A stretch of 64,000 bases of DNA, taken from IMG/VR virus record IMGVR_UViG_3300021431_000075, positions 160,001 to 224,000 of that record; one strand, written 5' to 3'. Position 1 is the stretch's first letter, and each line of letters opens with the position of its first letter. The notes below the pieces were generated by a model. It did not search any database. It had not been told where the DNA came from and was given only the letters and a program-made list of their open reading frames with translations. Below are positions 18,609 through 27,136 of the stretch, one piece after another. Source of the DNA: a virus (Duplodnaviria > Caudoviricetes). The position numbers were made by a program, and so were the translations under genes.

Positions 18609-19015
18609 TTTTCAATTTCAACAGCATCTTTCTTTATAGAGAAATAACTATCAAACCTATCATCAAACCAATAACTGATATTATCAATCAAGTCGTTAGA
18701 ACTGTTAGTAAGTTCAATGCCGCTAAGAGGCAGCTTGGACCTCAAGCAAAAGAACCCGACCGGTTCTCTATCTGCATTCTCTGCAACAACTTCCCAAAGA
18801 CCGTCAGAGTAGTTTCGATCCGTGCATCTTGCAAGTCTTGCAATAATTGATACATCATAGCATCTGAACCAGATGCAATACGACATCTCTCCATGACCAC
18901 AGCAAGACTCGCTTGTCGCAACTCCGGGAATCCTGTTCAGCATATCGCACAAAGCAATGCATTCATTGTCTATATCATTCGGCAGGACTATCGCCGGTTT
19001 CTCTCTTAACTTCAT
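18605..19015 (-). CDS. Hypothetical protein with T-x-ESCCGH motif
   Basis: DIDNECIALC..LN..PGVATSESCCGH; start reassigned. Confidence 0.7.
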   Translation of the reverse strand: MKLREKPAIVLPNDIDNECIALCDMLNRIPGVATSESCCGHGEMSYCIWFRCYDVSIIARLARCTDRNYSDGLWEVVAENADREPVGFFCLRSKLPLSGIELTNSSNDLIDNISYWFDDRFDSYFSIKKDAVEIEN

Positions 19016-19949
19016 AAGCAACTGTTTCTTTATTGATGTTACGATTTTCAGAAATCTCACAAATAAACGGTTTATCAACCGTCACAGGATTTGACATCAT
19101 GCGGATATCATCCATGATTCGTTCCACATAGTCAAGACCGTCTCTGATTTTTCTCGGAAGTGTTCCCCACTCCCTGATGGCGGAAACTTTCTTCCGGCAC
19201 GGTTCAACAATCTCGTTTGCTTTGACCATAAGCCCGTGCGATGCAAGTTCTGTAGCGGTCAAAAGCCTGCGCTTAATCTCTCCAATCTCACACTGCATTT
19301 CATGTCTCTTGTCCTTGAGAGTCCGTTGCATCAACTTGCACTTGCGAATCATCTCGCTTTTCTTTTCTTCTTGCTTGAGCGTTCCAAGAATCCTTATAAG
19401 CGCGTGAGCCATGCTTGCACCGATTTCTGTATAGAGAAACCTGTCTTTCAAAACTTCTTTCAAGAAATCATAGGTTCTCTCGATAAGAATCTCCTTATAT
19501 GACAATGCCTTTGATTCATGCACACCGTCCTCACTTTTCCTTGCAGCACGCTCATAGTATGATAGCATCTTCTCCATATCCAGAAGATTTGACGCTTTTT
19601 CCTTTGCAGTCTCGATTCGCTTGAACTCCATGTCAAGCATCCAAACATTTTGGTTAAGTTCATCAACACCCATCTTCATCAGAGATTCATCGCCGCTCTG
19701 TTTCTGATCGCATTCTGTTGCATCATGCTTGGTATAAGTCTCCGATTTGGCAAGTTTTTCTCTTGAAGTCACATGCCACCCGCCGCAAGCAGCGCAGTAA
19801 TATGCACGGACTGGCTTCTTTCCAGTCTTGGACTCGGCACCGATCTCATCCGCGTTACGTCTAATAAAGTTTTCAGCCTTGTTCTTTGTCTCGAACAGAA
19901 GCTTTGCCCGACCTGCATAAGCGCAGAACACTCTGTTCTTCGGTCTCAT
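18975..19949 (-). CDS. Hypothetical protein with N-terminal Zn-binding motif
   Basis: RAYYCAACGGWHVTS followed by a helical region; sigma-A promoter at about 19977-20006. Confidence 0.75.
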   Translation of the reverse strand: MRPKNRVFCAYAGRAKLLFETKNKAENFIRRNADEIGAESKTGKKPVRAYYCAACGGWHVTSREKLAKSETYTKHDATECDQKQSGDESLMKMGVDELNQNVWMLDMEFKRIETAKEKASNLLDMEKMLSYYERAARKSEDGVHESKALSYKEILIERTYDFLKEVLKDRFLYTEIGASMAHALIRILGTLKQEEKKSEMIRKCKLMQRTLKDKRHEMQCEIGEIKRRLLTATELASHGLMVKANEIVEPCRKKVSAIREWGTLPRKIRDGLDYVERIMDDIRMMSNPVTVDKPFICEISENRNINKETVAYEVKRETGDSPAE

Positions 19950-20064
19950 ATGTTACAGTATTTTAATTTCATTATGCAAATATAGCAACATTTTATGAAA
20001 TCGCAAAACTTTTGATTGTTAATTATCATTAAATCTGTTGAGATAAGACATCTCAACAAAATGC

Positions 20065-20655
20065 TCATTTACCATAGCATCTGAATCTTGACGTACAGCA
20101 AGGACATCCGTGCGTAACCAGATGCTGGTACGGAGTCTGCCAGAACTCTCCGTGAAGCGGACACTTCATCTTCATCTTGGAATTCACAGTATCATAGGTC
20201 TCTCCGTAGTACTTGAACTTATCGCCATGGACTTCCCTTGCCCGGCGTACAAACTCTGTAAAAGACACTCGCTTTCTCGGAATCTTTCCTGCACAGTACG
20301 GACATCCCTGACCTTTGATATGATTGTACGGGGTTGTTCTGAAGTCTCCATGCTCACGACATGTAACAATGACATTGATTTTAGAATTCACATACTTGGA
20401 CTTTGAATAGTCATACCTGTCGCCGTGAACCTTTCTCGCTTTCTCTATGAACTCTTCAGTCGAGCGACGTGTGTTTCCAGCACAAATGGGACATTTGGAA
20501 CCTTTCAGATGATTCCGAGCCGTCTGTGTGAACTCTCCGTGTTCCGGACAGATGATGCGCACTTTCTTCGTCGTGTTCACATAACCCGCTTTGGAGTAGT
20601 CGTACTTGTCGCCGTGAACCTGACGCGCTTTCTCTATGAACTCTTCTTCCGTCAT
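20065..20655 (-). CDS. Zn-ribbon repeat protein (DUF723-like), 3 repeats, no nuclease domain
   Basis: EEFIEKARxVHGDKYDYSK...CPEHGEFxQ...GCPxC repeats. Confidence 0.85.
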   Translation of the reverse strand: MTEEEFIEKARQVHGDKYDYSKAGYVNTTKKVRIICPEHGEFTQTARNHLKGSKCPICAGNTRRSTEEFIEKARKVHGDRYDYSKSKYVNSKINVIVTCREHGDFRTTPYNHIKGQGCPYCAGKIPRKRVSFTEFVRRAREVHGDKFKYYGETYDTVNSKMKMKCPLHGEFWQTPYQHLVTHGCPCCTSRFRCYGK

Positions 20656-20667
20656 CTTGCTATTGTT

Positions 20668-20961
20668 CTACTCTTCCACATAACTCCATCTGACAACATC
20701 AGTGTCTATCTGATAACCAGCAGGGATTAAAAACTGTTCATGATATGTGTCATACTCGATTACATCCTCGACTTCTGTCCAAGTCTTAAGAACCGCTTTA
20801 ACTTTAACAAAGCGTTCTCCGTGTCTGCTTTCTGGCTTATCCATTTCCAAATTTGATTTGAAGATTTTCTTTATAACACCATTTGATTTTATCTTCCATA
20901 GCATCTTCGTCTTGAAGAGCATTCCGGACAACCATATGACTTCAGCAACAAGCTCGGACAT
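20668..20961 (-). CDS. Hypothetical protein (start uncertain)
   Basis: ORF fills the gap between two repeat genes; its 5' part overlaps 20889..21281. Confidence 0.5.
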   Translation of the reverse strand: MSELVAEVIWLSGMLFKTKMLWKIKSNGVIKKIFKSNLEMDKPESRHGERFVKVKAVLKTWTEVEDVIEYDTYHEQFLIPAGYQIDTDVVRWSYVEE

Positions 20962-21281
20962 TGCTCAAAGTCACCATGCTCCCTGCATGTGATTCTCATC
21001 TTGGCATTCATGTTTCTAAACTCGCTCTTATAATAAACGAACTTGTCTCCATGAACCTTGCTTGCACGTTCAACAAACTCTTCAAATGTGACTTTCCGAT
21101 TGCTGGAGCATTTCGGACAACCTTTTCCACGCAAGTGATTGTAAGGGTCCTGCCAGAACTCGCCATGCTCATGACAAATGATGCAAACCTTCGTGTTCCA
21201 ACTAACAAAAACAGTCTTTGTATAGTCGTACTTGTCGCCATGCACTTTCTTTGCTCTCTCTATGAATTCTTCCGTTGTCAT
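20889..21281 (-). CDS. Zn-ribbon repeat protein (DUF723-like), 2 repeats
   Basis: Same repeat; C-terminus RCYGR matches RCYGK of 20065..20655. Confidence 0.85.
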   Translation of the reverse strand: MTTEEFIERAKKVHGDKYDYTKTVFVSWNTKVCIICHEHGEFWQDPYNHLRGKGCPKCSSNRKVTFEEFVERASKVHGDKFVYYKSEFRNMNAKMRITCREHGDFEQCPSLLLKSYGCPECSSRRRCYGR

Positions 21282-21332
21282 CGATACCGATATTTTTAAA
21301 AACAACAAAATGCTAAAAAATCAAACAAATAA

Positions 21333-21764
21333 TCAATCCTGATTAGAACAAGCCTTGTATTCTGAACAAAACTCATTGTGCTTCTTGACAAAGATATTTG
21401 CTATGTCTTTCAGGTTCTTGATGGTCTGCTCGTCGATTTCAAACTTGGAATAGTTCTTGTTTCCGTATTCAATATATTTGAATATCTTGCTGAATTCATC
21501 TATGCATTTTCCATAGCAATCCTGAGCAAGCTCGCATGAATAGAACTTCTCTTTGTAAGAAGCAAAGTACTCCGAAAGGAAATCCATATAAATATCCATT
21601 TCTTCTTCTGTCGGCTTCCTGCTTTCTTTTCCTACTTTCATATCTTCGAACCTGAACTTTTCATCCAGATACCAAGAATCGGTCACTGTCTGATAATATT
21701 CTTTTGTGAATAACTCATCCGCACGGACCTGTGCAAGTTTTTGTATAAATTCTTTTGACAACAT
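21333..21764 (-). CDS. Hypothetical protein
   Basis: 143 aa ORF in a co-directional block. Confidence 0.7.
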   Translation of the reverse strand: MLSKEFIQKLAQVRADELFTKEYYQTVTDSWYLDEKFRFEDMKVGKESRKPTEEEMDIYMDFLSEYFASYKEKFYSCELAQDCYGKCIDEFSKIFKYIEYGNKNYSKFEIDEQTIKNLKDIANIFVKKHNEFCSEYKACSNQD

Positions 21765-21794
21765 AGTTGTATATTTTTAGTTGATTGAACTATA

Positions 21795-22250
21795 TCATTT
21801 CTCATCTATGAAAGATTGCATGTCTTTTACGATTTCAACTTCTCGCAATTCTTCTAAATGCTTCTTCATGAAATCTGTTAGCGCGGCGACATCTCCGTTC
21901 TTGTTTGGAAATCCGTTCGGATATAATGAAACTTCGATGTTCGGAACAAAACAGAAGACTTCCATAGAATTATCGTGATCAGCATTCGTCAAGTAACGCA
22001 TTATTGCCACTCTGTCATTCACAACATCTTTCTTTTCCGTATCCGCGTCAAAAGCAACGATTATCTTATCAATCTCACTGTATTGACCTCGCTTCAACCG
22101 AATCGTTCTTGCAACAGAAGACATATTTGCAAAGCTGCTAACAGGAACTTGATAAACATGTTCATACATTTCGCAATTCAACAAAGTGTGGATTATCCTT
22201 GCATCTATCTGACTTTCCGCTATAATGAATAATGATTTCACTGTGTCCAT
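21795..22250 (-). CDS. Putative stand-alone TOPRIM-like protein
   Basis: FIIAESQIDA (E-x3-D), IIVAFDAD (DxD), PNIE; own sigma-A promoter at about 22299-22328. Confidence 0.5.
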   Translation of the reverse strand: MDTVKSLFIIAESQIDARIIHTLLNCEMYEHVYQVPVSSFANMSSVARTIRLKRGQYSEIDKIIVAFDADTEKKDVVNDRVAIMRYLTNADHDNSMEVFCFVPNIEVSLYPNGFPNKNGDVAALTDFMKKHLEELREVEIVKDMQSFIDEK

Positions 22251-22385
22251 ATCCAGATTATAATTTATTTGTTTAATTGTTGTTCTGGTTTCTTTCTGCA
22301 AATATAGCAATAATATACCGAATACAAATAACAATGCATGTTAAACTATGTTAAAAATCAAGAAAAATATTTCAGATATAATTGC

Positions 22386-23366
22386 TTACATTTTCTCTTT
22401 CTTTCCAAGAGAACATTTTGGACATCCACAACCACGAAAATGCACAGCCGGTCTCTGCAAGAACTCTCCGTGTTCAGCACACTTGATTATCACAGGAGTC
22501 GCATTGTTCAAATATTCGACCCGCGAATAGTCATACCTGTCTCCGTGGACTTTTCTTGCCTTTTCTATAAACTTTTCCTTGGTCATCCTCACATTCCCTG
22601 CACATTTCGGGCAACCCTGTCCGTTCAGATGCATAGAAGGAGTCTGCCAGAATTCTCCGTGTTCCGGACAAACAATACATACTTTTGTTGTCGCGCCTTG
22701 ATAAGCAACATTTGAATAGTCATACTTGTTTCCATGAATCTTGCGAGCCTGATTGATAAAATCTTCTGTCGTCTTTCTCTTTCCAACACATTTCGGACAT
22801 CCGGAACCGTTCAGATGTGCAATCGGGACTTGTTCGAAGTCACCATGTTCAGGACACCTAATCACTATCTTGGTGACTGTGTTCACATATTTTATCCCGG
22901 AATAGTCGTACTTGTTTCCATGCACTTCCCTTGCTCTCTGAATAAACTCATCTTTGCTCATCGTGCGCTTTGACGCGCTTACTGCAAAACCACATTTCGG
23001 ACAACCTCTTCCATGCAAGTGATTTGCAGCATTCTGCAAGAACTCTCCATGCTCCGGACATACAATCTTCACAAGAGACCTGTAGTTCAAATAGACAACC
23101 TGCGAATAGTCATACTTGTCGCCGTGAACTTCTCTTGCTTTCTTGATAAAATCATCAGTCGTGAATCTTATGTTACCGGCACACAACGAGCAACCGGCTC
23201 CGTTCAGGTGATTCGCCGGCGTCTGCCAGAACTCTCCATGTTCAGGACAGATAATGCACACTTTCACAAAGGAACCGTCATAGTTCACTTTGGAGTAGTC
23301 ATATTTGTTTCCATGCACTTTTCTTGCATGCTCTATGAACTCTTCTGTTGTGATTTTTCTTTTCAT
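22386..23366 (-). CDS. Zn-ribbon repeat protein (DUF723-like), 5 repeats, no nuclease domain
   Basis: Five tandem repeats then a stop; sigma-A promoter at about 23393-23423. Confidence 0.85.
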   Translation of the reverse strand: MKRKITTEEFIEHARKVHGNKYDYSKVNYDGSFVKVCIICPEHGEFWQTPANHLNGAGCSLCAGNIRFTTDDFIKKAREVHGDKYDYSQVVYLNYRSLVKIVCPEHGEFLQNAANHLHGRGCPKCGFAVSASKRTMSKDEFIQRAREVHGNKYDYSGIKYVNTVTKIVIRCPEHGDFEQVPIAHLNGSGCPKCVGKRKTTEDFINQARKIHGNKYDYSNVAYQGATTKVCIVCPEHGEFWQTPSMHLNGQGCPKCAGNVRMTKEKFIEKARKVHGDRYDYSRVEYLNNATPVIIKCAEHGEFLQRPAVHFRGCGCPKCSLGKKEKM

Positions 23367-23559
23367 AATGTTTATTTGTTTAATTGCATTTGCAAAGATA
23401 CATAACTTTTGTAGCAAAAACAAAACTTATTGTGTTAATTTTTATTAATTCAGATAAATTAACTGACAAATAAATCGAATCCAAAATAAATATCTTGTGA
23501 TAATGTAACATAAAATAAGTACTTAAACCATAAAACTATCAGATTTAGAGCAGTTGACT

Positions 23560-24048
23560 ATGAAGATGATGAACATTAATGAAACATTAAAGCACAAGCA
23601 TGTTGTGCCGACATTGTACACACTCATTTGGGCTGTGTCTCTTTTGATGTCGTTGGTCGGGGACACATTGCTTGCAAACTTAGGTTTGTTTCCGAGAATA
23701 ACATCAATTCATGGTGAAATAAGCTGGCTGTTCTGGTCTGTATATGTCGCGTTCTTATTCGAGTTCATCGTTTGTGCATTCGACTTGATAGTTCAATATA
23801 AGAATATGCGCTTTCATGGTCTTGTCCTATACAACCTCCTATATTTCGTCATCATCACCAGTGGCGTAGTCGTATTCTGGAACCTATATGACAAGTCAAT
23901 ATCAGGAGAAATCGCAAACAAGTCATTCTTCATCGTTATGGTACTTTTTGCCATCATGCAGAAATACCACACAACATGGCTTTCAAACAACATAGACAAA
24001 TATTTTGCAAACGATGCTCCGATAACCATACAGACGGAAGCTGCATAA
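23560..24048 (+). CDS. Four-TM membrane protein
   Basis: Four hydrophobic segments; lies on the opposite strand to its neighbours. Confidence 0.75.
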   Translation: MKMMNINETLKHKHVVPTLYTLIWAVSLLMSLVGDTLLANLGLFPRITSIHGEISWLFWSVYVAFLFEFIVCAFDLIVQYKNMRFHGLVLYNLLYFVIITSGVVVFWNLYDKSISGEIANKSFFIVMVLFAIMQKYHTTWLSNNIDKYFANDAPITIQTEAA

Positions 24049-24079
24049 TAAAAATGGATAGAAAAGTTTTTCAAGACAT

Positions 24080-24823
24080 ATGGACACTCTGATTCTAATT
24101 ATCCTCGCGGTCTGCATCGCACTTTTTATCATATTATTCGCGATGCTTGCAAACGCCGCATTAAAATGCGGAAAAACAGAGAGCAAGTTTCCGGTTGCTT
24201 GTGCCGGAGCGCTGGAAGAAAACGCAACATACTGGGGATACGGACTCTCCATGTACTCGAACGAATTCCTGTCCCCTGACGGAACTCCAATGAGTCCGGA
24301 CGATTATGACATCTACTCGACAAGCGGAGAGTCGATGAGCCTGTGCGGAATCCATGACGGCGCGCAACTGTTCGTGAGAAAGAAAGAAAAGCCGAATGTC
24401 GAAACGCTTGACTATCCGAAGATTCTCATACTCAACATAGACAAGAACACCAAAAAACAAGAACCGAAGTTCAAAGTCCGCAGGGCATGGAAAACAGTAA
24501 GACTCGGGGTTACAGACCTTGACAAAGCACTTGAAGAAATAAGAAATGAAGAAAAGTTCAAGAAACTGGAATCAAGCGACAAGTTCCCCGGATGGGACAA
24601 TATGAAAAAGTTATTCCATGATGAGAAATTGGAAACATACAAGAAAGAGTATCCGGACTGTGACAATGCCGGATCAAATAACAATCTCGCCATCATATCA
24701 ACCACGCTGCATGACAACACTATCAATTTCAGCATCCACCCGGCAAGAATCGTAAAGGGCGTTGTGGAGTGCTTCTACAACAAACCGAAAACGAAACATC
24801 AATCAGCCGGTTTGTACAATTAG
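24080..24823 (+). CDS. Membrane-anchored S24/LexA-like peptidase-fold protein
   Basis: N-terminal TM, PVACAG, TSGESM..GIHDG, FKVRR. Confidence 0.55.
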   Translation: MDTLILIILAVCIALFIILFAMLANAALKCGKTESKFPVACAGALEENATYWGYGLSMYSNEFLSPDGTPMSPDDYDIYSTSGESMSLCGIHDGAQLFVRKKEKPNVETLDYPKILILNIDKNTKKQEPKFKVRRAWKTVRLGVTDLDKALEEIRNEEKFKKLESSDKFPGWDNMKKLFHDEKLETYKKEYPDCDNAGSNNNLAIISTTLHDNTINFSIHPARIVKGVVECFYNKPKTKHQSAGLYN

Positions 24824-24859
24824 AACCATAGAGTCAAAAAAGTAATGATAACTTACTCG

Positions 24860-25120
24860 TCACAGTTCTTTAACTGCATCAATTGGAATAGGTTCATAGA
24901 CTCTGCATTGCCAACAACCCTCTATATAGTTGTTCATTTCCGAATGCTCTGATGGGTCATACTCAACTTGAAGAAGAATTTCACCATATTGTCTTGCCTC
25001 TTCAATATCAGTTGCAAGATATGTTGCTCTGCTTTTTGCAAATTCTCGCATGCCGAACAATATACCCTCCTTTTGGATTCTCTTCCAATTTTCATCTGTC
25101 GTTCCGTGATAGAAAATCAT
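24860..25120 (-). CDS. Small ADP-ribosyltransferase-fold protein
   Basis: FYHGT..IQKEGI..TYLAT..ARQYG pattern. Confidence 0.55.
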   Translation of the reverse strand: MIFYHGTTDENWKRIQKEGILFGMREFAKSRATYLATDIEEARQYGEILLQVEYDPSEHSEMNNYIEGCWQCRVYEPIPIDAVKEL

Positions 25121-25248
25121 TCTTTGCTTGTTTTATTGATTATAACTTATATGCAAATCATTACCAAAAACACACAGAAAGCGCATAAGACAGAATCGTC
25201 CGATTGCGCTTTCTTCTTTTTGACCGTCCGGTCTATTAAGCCATTTGG

Positions 25249-25347
25249 TTACTGCTCGCTCTCGCAAACAACCACGTAAGGTTTCACGGACGCATCCGTG
25301 CATTCCTTGATTTCCGGCTTGATGTACTTTTTCTTTTTTGAATCCAT
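25249..25347 (-). CDS. 32 aa peptide with KKKYIKP leader-like motif
   Basis: MDSKKKKYIKPEIKECTDASVKPYVVVCESEQ*; followed by a hairpin at about 25177-25215. Confidence 0.55.
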   Translation of the reverse strand: MDSKKKKYIKPEIKECTDASVKPYVVVCESEQ

Positions 25348-25394
25348 ACGCTGGTACTTGTTTGTAGTTAAAAAATAAGTTAGGTTTATCTCTG

Positions 25395-26186
25395 TCACTT
25401 GAATGCCTCGTCGAGCATCTCAGCGACCTCGCTCTCTGTCTTGTCAGGAACCAAGTCCGCAGGAATCCCCACTTCTGCAAGAATGTTCTGCAGCTGGTTG
25501 AAGAACTTCACAGAACCGCGGAAACACTTACCGTTCCTCTTGTTCTCGATTGTCCACTGCTCGTTCTCTGAATATCTGACAATGAAGTCTCCATTTCCGG
25601 TCTCTTTCATATCAAGTTCGTATATCCCGTCCGTGCATATGAATCTATTCTCTTTCTCTGTGAACAGAGTTTCCGCAATCTCTATCTTCTCAATATTTCC
25701 ATACGGAACCACATCGTCAATCCCGTCAACCCTCCATCCTTCATCTGTCCTGTCAAGCAGCATCCGGTTCACGTTTCCGACTCTTGCGAAGTTGAACTTC
25801 CTAAGTTCCATATTGCATCTACGAACATCGATGCTAATGTCACTTCTGTGATGACTCTTCAGCGCGGTCTGCAGTTCATGGATGAACTTCATCCGTATTG
25901 TCGTCTCGTGCAGACTAACCGACATCGTCCAGTTTTCTTCTGTTGAATCATATGACAGAATCAACATATTCGTTCCGCTTCCGAACACAAACCTCTCCTT
26001 CGCGCCGAAGAAGCCGGCTTCCTCAAGAATATCCGGAGTTATATGAACCGGCTGGCACATGTCTATCCCGACTTCTTGACCGTCATCGAGCGTTACGTTG
26101 CTTCCGCTGATTCCTGCTATCCTGAACGGCTTTCCGTCATAAGAAACCCAGAATGAAATCATTATGTCTGTGATATCCATAGGCAT
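25395..26186 (-). CDS. Hypothetical protein, tandem F(I/L)HxLQ domains
   Basis: ITPDILEEAGF..FIHELQ and FFNQLQNIL; related to 32007 and 32683. Confidence 0.75.
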   Translation of the reverse strand: MPMDITDIMISFWVSYDGKPFRIAGISGSNVTLDDGQEVGIDMCQPVHITPDILEEAGFFGAKERFVFGSGTNMLILSYDSTEENWTMSVSLHETTIRMKFIHELQTALKSHHRSDISIDVRRCNMELRKFNFARVGNVNRMLLDRTDEGWRVDGIDDVVPYGNIEKIEIAETLFTEKENRFICTDGIYELDMKETGNGDFIVRYSENEQWTIENKRNGKCFRGSVKFFNQLQNILAEVGIPADLVPDKTESEVAEMLDEAFK

Positions 26187-26301
26187 ATAGTTTTGAAAAG
26201 GAGCCAGCAAGACCGAACTAACCTGTTAGTTTCAATCCTGACATGACTCCTGCTCTTTGTATATTTATTTTCAGAAGGAGCATTCAGACCGAAACATGTC
26301 A

Positions 26302-27063
26302 TCAATCCCACCATGTAGCGGTGTACCTCTCTCTAATATAATAATAAAGATGCTTGCACTTTGCAATATACATCTCATGCAAATATCCACGTTCCATCGC
26401 CTGCTCGAAACACTTCTCTCCCATAAACCTTGAACAGTTTTTCGTATTGAAATCCGGTCCGTCATACACATACTTGCTTGTTCCCTTATCAAACCGGTAG
26501 AGTTCAGCATCCGTTCCTTTCGGCAAATCTATCCATTCGCCATCCTCGCCATACTTTCCGGGAACAAACTCGCACTTCCCGTCATAATGGTACAAATCAG
26601 TCTCGTTGATGATTATGCCAAGAAGACGCTTTGCAAGTCCGAGATATTTAAGGATATGCTCGTACTGTTCATCGCACATTAGTTGATGATGCGTGAACCA
26701 GTACATCATCTTGTCCAGTTGCGCGTACTCGATGTCAAGCAGATAACCGAAATCCCAAGGATATGCATGGTATGCTCTGCTTACAAGTCTCCAGTGATAT
26801 TTGTTAGTGTTGCAATAAAGCCATGTCCTGATACTTTTATAAGTGTCATACGGAACCTGCCACACATAATAAAGAATATAGTCGTCTATCCACTTCGCAA
26901 ATTTGTTCCTCTTTGTGATACTGTACCATCTATTTGGAATGCTCTTGACAAACTTGCGGAACTTCATCAAGCGAGAAACGACATTCTCGTCCATCCATCC
27001 GGCTACTGCATTCATATGCTGCTTACACCACTGACATATTGTTGTTTTTCTCGACATCTTCAT
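26302..27063 (-). CDS. Hypothetical phage protein
   Basis: YPWDFGYLL..TWWD; sigma-A promoter at about 27087-27116. Confidence 0.75.
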   Translation of the reverse strand: MKMSRKTTICQWCKQHMNAVAGWMDENVVSRLMKFRKFVKSIPNRWYSITKRNKFAKWIDDYILYYVWQVPYDTYKSIRTWLYCNTNKYHWRLVSRAYHAYPWDFGYLLDIEYAQLDKMMYWFTHHQLMCDEQYEHILKYLGLAKRLLGIIINETDLYHYDGKCEFVPGKYGEDGEWIDLPKGTDAELYRFDKGTSKYVYDGPDFNTKNCSRFMGEKCFEQAMERGYLHEMYIAKCKHLYYYIRERYTATWWD

Positions 27064-27136
27064 TTTTATAATTAAAAACATTTTTGCAAAAATAGGCAAA
27101 ACAAGCGAAACCGCAAAGAAAAAATCAAAAATATTT

